Positions 25,914-32,650 of a DNA stretch of 32,650 nt are shown one piece after another. The DNA is from an uncultured Thermodesulfobacteriota bacterium (GTDB lineage Bacteria > Desulfobacterota > WTBG01), in the NCBI GenBank assembly GCA_964473235.1, contig CAYYOQ010000002.1:1-32650 (forward strand). The letters are read 5' to 3'. Below the pieces are notes generated by a model that worked only from the letters and a program-made list of their open reading frames with translations, was not told the origin of the DNA and did not search any database. The position numbers were made by a program, and so were the translations under genes. Every line of letters begins with the position of its first letter. Position 1 is the stretch's first letter.

Positions 25914-27692
25914 CTATCTCCTCTTAAAGTGCTTCTCAAGTTCGTCAATAGTAAATTTAATAAAAGTAGGCCGTCCGTGTGGACAGGTGAACGGCTGATG
26001 GCTCGCTGCAAGACCACTTATCAGGCACCTCATCTCTTCAACGCTCAGCTCTTCATTGGCTTTAATACTCTGGCTCTTACAAGCTAATAATTTAGCCATG
26101 TGCTCTTTTCTACCATGAAGAGGCACCTTCCCTTTTCCCTCCACCAGCTCATCAAGAACACACTGAAGGATACCTCGTGGATCGATATTCCCCAGCAGGG
26201 CAGGTGTGGCATCGATACAGAAGGTATTGTTTCCTAAGTGACTAATACTAAAACCGGCGTGGGTAAGGATGTCGAGATTCTCTTCCAATAGCTGAGCTTC
26301 TTTAAAATTACATTCAACCGTAACCGGGATAAGCAATGACTGAGATACGGCGTTCTCTTTTTCTATGGAATTCAAAATGTGCTCGTACACAATCCGTTCA
26401 TGTGCGGCGTGTTGATCAATTATCATTAGCCCCTCCTCGGTCTCTGCCAGGATATAGCTCCCCTTGATTTGTCCGAGTGGGGCAATCACCTTGAATGTAT
26501 TTTTCTCGTTACACCACCTTGTCTCCTCCGGCTCCCTCAGCTCATGAGGAGAAGCCATGGCCTGCTGCAGTGGTCCCTGATAGTCGACCGCTCTCGCAAC
26601 TTTCTCTTTGATCTCTTTGAAATCAAAGGTAGGTGACACTGCTTCTTTCACATAGCTCTTTTTCCGATCTAGTGTGTAGGAGGGGAATACCTTCGGTGAA
26701 TGGTCATACCTACCCAATGTCTCTTTTATGATCTGAGTCAGAAGTCCCTGAATCACCTTTTCCTGCTCTAATCTTACTTCTCGCTTGGTGGGATGCACAT
26801 TGACATCAACGGCAGTAGGTGCAATTTCTAAAAAGATGAGGGCAACGGGAAATCGACCCTGGGAAAGCAACCCTTGATAGGCACTCTGGAGGGCGTAGCT
26901 TAACGATAAACTTTTTATAGGCCGCTTGTTAACAAAGAAAAACTGGGCAGTGCGATTACTCCTAGAAAGTTCAGCCTTACCAACATACCCTGTAACACTA
27001 ACCCCTTGATCCTCATTTTCAAGGGGGATAAGGTACTCAACCCACTCTCGATAGTGCGTGCTGAGGAGGCGCTCTTTCACCTGAGCACAAGGGGGATAAT
27101 CGAAGACCAAGGTGTCATCTCTGTAAAGTTTAAAGGCAACCTGCGGGTAGGCGAGGCTCACGGTGGTTAAGAGCTCTGCAATGCTCGCATACTCAACCCT
27201 CTCTCCTCTTAAAAATTTCTTCCTCGCAGGGGTGTTGAAAAAGAGGTCAGATACCTCTATGGATGTTCCTACGGGCATCCCTTCTTCCCGAACAGATTGT
27301 ATCTCTCCACCGATAGCCTCAACTTTTGTACCCACCTGTTGTGAGCTGTTTCTGGTCCGTAACGTCATCCGAGAAACCGACGTAATAGAAGAGAGCGCCT
27401 CGCCCCTAAAGCCTAGACTATGTATAGTAAAAATATCTTCGAACTCTTTAATTTTGCTTGTGGCGTGGCTCTTTAAACAAAGTACCGCATCTTCTCGGTC
27501 CATCCCTGCCCCATTGTCCACTACTTTGATGAGATTCTTCCCCCCATGCCTTACGGTGGTTGCAATCATCGTGGCCTGAGCATCGAGTGCATTCTCTACG
27601 AGCTCTTTTGCCACTGAGCTGGGACGTTCAATCACCTCACCAGCGGCAATCTTGTTTACGATCTGTTCTGGCAAAATCCTTATCGATCCCAT
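25914..27692 (-). CDS. mutL: DNA mismatch repair protein MutL (endonuclease-type)
   Basis: GHKL ATPase N-terminus IAAGEVIERPSSVAKELVENALDA. The endonuclease motif DQHAAHERIVYE (DQHAxxExxxxE) and C-terminal CPHGRP are both present. Confidence 0.96.
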   Translation of the reverse strand: MGSIRILPEQIVNKIAAGEVIERPSSVAKELVENALDAQATMIATTVRHGGKNLIKVVDNGAGMDREDAVLCLKSHATSKIKEFEDIFTIHSLGFRGEALSSITSVSRMTLRTRNSSQQVGTKVEAIGGEIQSVREEGMPVGTSIEVSDLFFNTPARKKFLRGERVEYASIAELLTTVSLAYPQVAFKLYRDDTLVFDYPPCAQVKERLLSTHYREWVEYLIPLENEDQGVSVTGYVGKAELSRSNRTAQFFFVNKRPIKSLSLSYALQSAYQGLLSQGRFPVALIFLEIAPTAVDVNVHPTKREVRLEQEKVIQGLLTQIIKETLGRYDHSPKVFPSYTLDRKKSYVKEAVSPTFDFKEIKEKVARAVDYQGPLQQAMASPHELREPEETRWCNEKNTFKVIAPLGQIKGSYILAETEEGLMIIDQHAAHERIVYEHILNSIEKENAVSQSLLIPVTVECNFKEAQLLEENLDILTHAGFSISHLGNNTFCIDATPALLGNIDPRGILQCVLDELVEGKGKVPLHGRKEHMAKLLACKSQSIKANEELSVEEMRCLISGLAASHQPFTCPHGRPTFIKFTIDELEKHFKRR

Positions 27693-27729
27693 GGTATCTC
27701 ACATCTCTCTCTCGCAAGGCTTCAGTTCA

Positions 27730-30441
27730 CTATAAACCCTGCGGTGAGCCAGAAGAGGAGGAAGAGGTAATTTTTTCCTTTAACTGTTGAAGCCTGTTGA
27801 GTGCCTCGAGAGGGGTCATCTCATCAATAGCAAGCTCCCCAAGCTCTTTGACCACAGGGTGGGTGATCATCCGCACCGACTGCTCAGAAACTGCTCGCGA
27901 AACCCTTTTGTGGGAAATGTTTTGGGCAACATCCTCACCCTCCAAATCTTTAAAGAGGGGAAGAGCTTTTAAGGAAGCTGTCTTCCCCTTCTTTCTCAAT
28001 TTTTTAGCGAGCGCCTCCTCTGAAATCTTTTCTTCTTCAAGATAGGCGAGTATCTCTTGTGCCCTCTCCACCACCTCCTTAGGTAATCCCGCCAATTTAC
28101 CCACGTGAATGCCATAGCTTCTGTCTGCGCCCCCTGGCACGATTTTTCTAATAAACACGATCTCCTCACCCACTTCACGGGCGGTAATATGGTAGTTCTT
28201 TACGCCTTTGAGAGAATGTTCCAGTTCGGTGAGTTCATGAAAGTGGGTCGCAAAGAGGGTTTTGGGTCTCGGACCTTCACTTCGATTGAGGAACTCACCA
28301 ACCGCCCAGGCGATACTCACCCCATCATAGGTAGAGGTGCCTCTCCCTATTTCATCCAGGATGACCAAGCTTTTAGGACTGGCATTATTTAAAATGTTAG
28401 CAGTCTCAATCATCTCTACCATGAAGGTACTCTCACCCCTGGCGAGGTTATCAGAAGCACCAATGCGGGTAAAAATTTTATCTATCAAGCCAATGTGGGC
28501 ATACCCTGCCGGTACAAAAGAACCCATCTGTGCCATAAGCACGGTAAGCGCCACTTGGCGGATGTAGGTTGATTTGCCCGCCATATTAGGTCCGGTAATG
28601 ATAAGCAGCTGATTATCCTCCTGATCGAGCAGGGCATCGTTTTCTATAAACTGGCCCTCTCCCAAAACCCTTTCCACCACCGGGTGACGCCCCGCTTTGA
28701 TAACAATGGTCGAATCCTCACTGATCTCTGGCTTGAGGTAGTTATTCTTCATTGCTACCGTAGCCAACGAAATGAGCACGTCCAGAAGTGCGACTGCATC
28801 AGCGCTTCGCTGTATCTCACGAACATAGGTAAGGAGACGCTGTCTAATCTCCTCAAAAAGTTCATACTCAAGGGCATGGGCCTTCTCTTCTGCACCTAAA
28901 ATTTTATTCTCCATCTCTTTCAAATCCGGGGTGATGAATCGCTCCGTATTCACCAACGTCTGTTTGCGAATGTAGTTGTCGGGTACCAAGGAAAGGTTAG
29001 GTTTGGTCACTTCAATATAGTAACCGAACACCTGGTTGAAGCTCACCTTAAGTGACTTAATCCCGGTTCTCTCTCTTTCCTGGTTTTGTAAATGTGCCAC
29101 CCACTGTTTCCCATGCCTAGATACATCGCGAAGCTCATCAAGTCCCGCATGGTATCCTCTTTTAATTAATCCCCCCTCTTTGGTAGAAAAGGGCGGTTGC
29201 TCTACTATGGCATTTTCAATCAATACCACGAGATCCTTTAATTCAAAAAGCTCCTGCTTTTGTCTCATAATGAGTGACGAGGTAAACGGTGAGATGGCTC
29301 CTCGTATCTCAGGAACTACTTTGAGTGACTCTTTCATCGCAATCAGATCCCTCGCAGAGCATACCCCACAGGTAATTCTCCCCAGTAAGCGCTCCATATC
29401 GCGAATCGATTTAAGCTGAACCCTCAGCATCCGGAGGCAGTCCTGATTGCTTATAAGACCTTCAATAGCTTCATACCGTTCCCTGATCTGGGGAAGAGAA
29501 AGCAGTGGCTGCTTTATCCACTGAGAGAGCAACCGAGCTCCCATGGGGGTTAAGGTTTCATTAAGTATGGTAAAGAGCGTCAGCCCCCTCTTTTCACCTG
29601 AGAGCAGTTCTACTAACTCCAGATTCCTTTGTGTCTTTCGATCTACCATCATGTATTCCGAGGAGCGATAGGGGGTGGGTCTCTTGAGGTGTGCGAGAGA
29701 GTTATGGAGGTTATCTTTGAGGTAGTAGAGGAGCGCCCCGGCGGCGGATATCCCCACACTGTAGAGAGCAAGCCCCAATCCCTCGAGCGAAATAAGCTGA
29801 AACTGTTTTTGCAACTGTCTCTGCGACTCCTCTAGATCAAATACCCAATCCTCGTAGTGATTGACCACTATTGCATGCTCCTTTTTGATGAACTGGAGCA
29901 GGGTAGTACGTTCTCTCAATGATTCAGGGATGACTAACTCTTTGGGGGCAATTCGACCCAGTTCATTGAGTAGATCCTCATCATTACTCACCTCGGTAAG
30001 TTTAAAAACACCGGTTGAGAGGTCAAGGTAGCTAACCCCCCACAACCCCTCACGGTAAGTGCAGGAAACAATATAGTTGTTTTGAAGAGATAACAGTTCC
30101 TCATCATCTAAATTGGTACCAGGTGTAATAATCCTCACCACTTCCCTTTTCACAATACCTTTTGCGGTGAGAGGGTCTTCAACCTGCTCGCAGATAGCTA
30201 CCTTTAAACCTTCTCTGGTGAGCCGGTTAATATAACCTTTCGCCGCGTGGTAAGGCACACCACACATGGGTACCTTTCCCGAACTTCCTCCGTCGCGTGA
30301 GGTAAGGGTGATATCTAAAAGTGATGATGCCTTCTCAGCATCATCAAAAAACATCTCATAGAAATCACCCAGGCGGAAAAATAAGATAGCTCCTGGTACC
30401 TTTTCCTTGATAGCTCGATACTGTTTCAACATAGGAGTCAT
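27730..30441 (-). CDS. mutS: DNA mismatch repair protein MutS
   Basis: TPMLKQY...GDFYEMF mismatch-binding N-terminus and Walker A GPNMAGKST. The ATG at 30441 is the probable start. The ORF track extends to a TTG at 30453. Neither start has a good SD. Confidence 0.96.
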   Translation of the reverse strand: MTPMLKQYRAIKEKVPGAILFFRLGDFYEMFFDDAEKASSLLDITLTSRDGGSSGKVPMCGVPYHAAKGYINRLTREGLKVAICEQVEDPLTAKGIVKREVVRIITPGTNLDDEELLSLQNNYIVSCTYREGLWGVSYLDLSTGVFKLTEVSNDEDLLNELGRIAPKELVIPESLRERTTLLQFIKKEHAIVVNHYEDWVFDLEESQRQLQKQFQLISLEGLGLALYSVGISAAGALLYYLKDNLHNSLAHLKRPTPYRSSEYMMVDRKTQRNLELVELLSGEKRGLTLFTILNETLTPMGARLLSQWIKQPLLSLPQIRERYEAIEGLISNQDCLRMLRVQLKSIRDMERLLGRITCGVCSARDLIAMKESLKVVPEIRGAISPFTSSLIMRQKQELFELKDLVVLIENAIVEQPPFSTKEGGLIKRGYHAGLDELRDVSRHGKQWVAHLQNQERERTGIKSLKVSFNQVFGYYIEVTKPNLSLVPDNYIRKQTLVNTERFITPDLKEMENKILGAEEKAHALEYELFEEIRQRLLTYVREIQRSADAVALLDVLISLATVAMKNNYLKPEISEDSTIVIKAGRHPVVERVLGEGQFIENDALLDQEDNQLLIITGPNMAGKSTYIRQVALTVLMAQMGSFVPAGYAHIGLIDKIFTRIGASDNLARGESTFMVEMIETANILNNASPKSLVILDEIGRGTSTYDGVSIAWAVGEFLNRSEGPRPKTLFATHFHELTELEHSLKGVKNYHITAREVGEEIVFIRKIVPGGADRSYGIHVGKLAGLPKEVVERAQEILAYLEEEKISEEALAKKLRKKGKTASLKALPLFKDLEGEDVAQNISHKRVSRAVSEQSVRMITHPVVKELGELAIDEMTPLEALNRLQQLKEKITSSSSSGSPQGL

Positions 30442-30581
30442 GAACTGATCCAAGAACTTAATTTAGGGATTTGAAAATTGAGGAATTTTTAAATAGCAAC
30501 AGTCAAACCTGTCTAATTCATCAATCCCTCAATTCCTTAATACCTCAATGCTACATATTGTGCTGAAGGAAAGCATATAAT

Positions 30582-30610
30582 ACAATATATTGTATGTCAA
30601 GATAAAAAAT
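30582..30610 (-). promoter_or_regulatory. Candidate mutS promoter with a 16 bp perfect palindrome in its spacer
   Basis: The minus strand reads TTGACA (plus 30605-30610), 17 nt spacer, TATGCT (plus 30582-30587). The palindrome ATACAATATATTGTAT (30590-30605) fills the spacer. Confidence 0.4.
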
Positions 30611-30885
30611 AAATAACATATTTCTTGACCGGGCAAGAGCAATATAATAAAGGAAATATAAAGAGTTTTAAATAATAAATTTAAAATATGAAGCACGAAA
30701 ATAAGTAAGCTGGCAAGCTTTCTGATTTCAATATTAGGATTCGGAATTTATACCGTGGACTATTGACCATGAACTATGGATTCGAAGTTTCATCCTGCAT
30801 CGAGGGATCATGTACCCTGCATCATAGTTTAACTATCACTCATTAATAGTATATTTTAAGTGAAAATAAACCTGAGTATACTAAT

Positions 30886-31893
30886 ATGATATGGGGATTA
30901 GTTTTTTTTATAAGTGTGATACTGGTGCTCTATGGTGGCACCCAGCTGACACGCTCGGGTGATATGATCGCTGACAAAACGGGGATTGGCAGGGCTTGGA
31001 TTGGTTTGGTCATTATTTCCTTTGCCACCACCCTTCCTGAACTCACCACCAGTTTAAGCGCCCTCTTCCTGGTAGGTGAACCGGATCTCGCCGCGGGTAA
31101 TTGTTTTGGCAGTATGGCATTTAATCTGCTCATTGTCATCTTCTTTAACCTTTTTGGACGTGAAAAATCATTCAGGAGAGAAATTAACCGTGGGTTGTTA
31201 CTCTCTGGAGGACTCAGCATAGTTCTCCTCTCAGCCATTCAATGTTCTATGCTCATAAGGCGTTTCTTCCCCACGGCGATCTTGAGCGTTTGGAATACAG
31301 ATTTCACCAGCTTACTCATCGTTATCACCTACCTTTTCACCACCCGCTTGATTTTTAACTTCGAAAAGAAATCAGTTTCTTCAAAAGAAATGGGTGTCAT
31401 ATCAAGGTATAAAGAGGATACCTTAGGGAAAAGCTTTCTCCTCTACGGGGTATCCTCTCTTTTCGTATTAGCGGGAGGAATGTTGCTCGCAGAGTCATCC
31501 AATCACATTGCTATTATAACCGGCATTGGTCAAACCTTTGTGGGAAGTACCCTAGTGGGGATTGTAACCTCTCTCCCAGAGGTGGTGGTAGGCTTCTCCG
31601 CAGTTCGACTGGGAGTGCCAGAGATGGTCTTAGGAAACGTTTTAGGCGCTAACCTCTTTAACCTCATTATCCTAGCACTCTGTGATTTCGTCTACCGTCG
31701 TGGAGTTCTTCTCGCCTCGCTTGATTTCACCCACTCTATCACCATCCTCACAGCTATTATGATGACTATTACCCTCTTGGTGAGCCAGCGTTACTACCCT
31801 GAGAAAAGGATTGGGCGCCTTAACTGGGGATCAATTAGTCTTATTACCTTCTATGCCATCGGTATAACCTCTCTCTACCTCTTGCAGAGGTAA
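30886..31893 (+). CDS. CaCA-family cation/Ca2+ antiporter (YrbG-like)
   Basis: 335 aa and polytopic, with two alpha-repeat motifs: TTLPEL...GNCFGSMAFNLL and TSLPEV...GNVLGANLFNL. Confidence 0.88.
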   Translation: MIWGLVFFISVILVLYGGTQLTRSGDMIADKTGIGRAWIGLVIISFATTLPELTTSLSALFLVGEPDLAAGNCFGSMAFNLLIVIFFNLFGREKSFRREINRGLLLSGGLSIVLLSAIQCSMLIRRFFPTAILSVWNTDFTSLLIVITYLFTTRLIFNFEKKSVSSKEMGVISRYKEDTLGKSFLLYGVSSLFVLAGGMLLAESSNHIAIITGIGQTFVGSTLVGIVTSLPEVVVGFSAVRLGVPEMVLGNVLGANLFNLIILALCDFVYRRGVLLASLDFTHSITILTAIMMTITLLVSQRYYPEKRIGRLNWGSISLITFYAIGITSLYLLQR

Positions 31894-31925
31894 TAAGGTA
31901 TACTCAGCAGAGGAAATAAAAAAGC

Positions 31926-32650
31926 ATGAGTTGTGAAGAGGAACGCGCGCTTATTGAACCACGAAGAGGGAAAAACGATCCCTCTGTGCACCCACTTGCT
32001 ATTCTCGTCTTCTCTGAAAGAGAGCTGGAGATGTTCTGTAATTCAGCAGATAACTTCCAACCTCTTAGAAAAAAATTATTTAACAACACCTGTTATGAGC
32101 TGAACTACAAAAATAAAATTTTTACCTTGATTGGCCCTGCCCTGGGTGCACCTCTGGCGGTGCTTATTTTGGAAAAGTTAATCGCGCTGGGTGCAAGACA
32201 AATCATCGCCTTCGGGAGTGGAGGTTCTCTCCAGAGCAACCTCTCGATCGGAGAATTTGTAATTCCCACGAGCGCGGTGAGTGAAGAGGGCACTTCAGCG
32301 CACTATCCCCTTAGCCATCCTCCGGAGGCACACCCCAGGATGGTAGATGCACTCAAGACTCAATGCACACTCGCTAATAAAAGATTTTCTTTAGGAAAGG
32401 TGTGGACCACTGACGCCCCCTATCGTGAGATGGTGGAGAAGGTCAAAAAGTATCAGGCTGAAGGTATCCTCGCAGTAGAAATGGAGATGTCCGCACTTTT
32501 CACGGTTGCCTGTTTTAGGAAAGTTGAGCTTGGTGGGTTACTCGTAATCTCTGATGAGCTTTGCGACCTTACGTGGAAGTCGGGATTTGAGAGCAAGGCA
32601 TTTCTCTCAGGACTCCGCGAGGGCTGTGAAATCATCCTCAACACCGCCGC
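31926..32650 (+). CDS. Nucleoside phosphorylase family protein (PNP/UDP family 1), 3'-truncated by the window end
   Basis: This ORF is absent from the supplied track because it has no stop codon; I translated it by hand. It runs MSCEEERALIEPRRGKNDP...IAFGSGGSL...VWTTDAPYRE...AVEMEMSALF, which matches the typical (V)EME(S/A)A motif. It is open to the last base. Confidence 0.75.
   Translation, partial: MSCEEERALIEPRRGKNDPSVHPLAILVFSERELEMFCNSADNFQPLRKKLFNNTCYELNYKNKIFTLIGPALGAPLAVLILEKLIALGARQIIAFGSGGSLQSNLSIGEFVIPTSAVSEEGTSAHYPLSHPPEAHPRMVDALKTQCTLANKRFSLGKVWTTDAPYREMVEKVKKYQAEGILAVEMEMSALFTVACFRKVELGGLLVISDELCDLTWKSGFESKAFLSGLREGCEIILNTA

Noticed and set aside
27163-29419. Plus-strand ORFs of 76-138 aa inside mutL and mutS, for example 27163-27579 and 29036-29419.
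   Set aside because: They are antisense to well-supported MutL/MutS frames, low-complexity and Ser/Leu/Pro-rich, with no motifs or translation signals.
30626-30649. TTGACC ... TATAAT pair on the plus strand, considered as the CaCA promoter.
   Set aside because: The hexamers are separated by only 12 nt, outside the 16-18 nt window for sigma70-type promoters.
30769-30846. 25 aa ORF (MNYGFEVSSCIEGSCTLHHSLTITH) in the CaCA upstream region.
   Set aside because: No SD, too short, no conservation evidence available. The repeats there are better described at the DNA/RNA level.
1-32650. Scan for CRISPR arrays, tRNA/rRNA genes, IS elements, integrases, toxin-antitoxin pairs or known defence modules.
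   Set aside because: There are no regularly spaced direct repeats and no cloverleaf-like segments in the intergenic regions. No transposase- or recombinase-like ORFs and no small adjacent gene pairs were found. All large ORFs are accounted for by metabolic, repair or transport functions.

Overview
The window looks like a bacterial chromosomal segment. Support: several TTGACA/-10 promoter candidates with 16-17 nt spacing, Shine-Dalgarno sites, two clear rho-independent terminators and a mutS-mutL pair. GC content looks moderate by eye and the intergenic regions are AT-rich. About 19 kb (1282-20399) is one same-strand block of ammonium-assimilation and glutamine-consuming genes. An NrpR-type repressor is transcribed divergently from this block. 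The block contains, in order: an orphan GltB FMN-domain protein, gdhA, glnA, an MvhD/FlpD-like Fe-S protein, a split archaeal-style glutamate synthase, nadE, an archaeal-type glyA, carA, carB and purF. The split glutamate synthase has three parts: a degenerate FMN-subunit paralog, an intact ferredoxin-FMN subunit and an amidotransferase-GXGXG fusion. Downstream lie an MJ0936-type phosphoesterase, an ABC-2 exporter pair co-transcribed with a B12-binding radical SAM enzyme, and a convergent membrane-anchored TPR protein. These are followed by a cysteine-rich 96 aa orphan with its own terminator, mutS-mutL on the minus strand, a CaCA cation/Ca2+ antiporter and a 3'-truncated nucleoside phosphorylase. 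I saw no rRNA, tRNA, CRISPR array, transposase, integrase or recognisable defence module. The most unusual feature is the MvhD-linked four-gene glutamate synthase, which has a catalytically degenerate paralog and no NAD(P)H (GltD) subunit, and sits under a methanogen-type NrpR regulator. The second candidate is the ABC-2 / B12-rSAM / TPR / Cys-rich-orphan neighbourhood. All family assignments come from motif recognition by eye, not from database searches.
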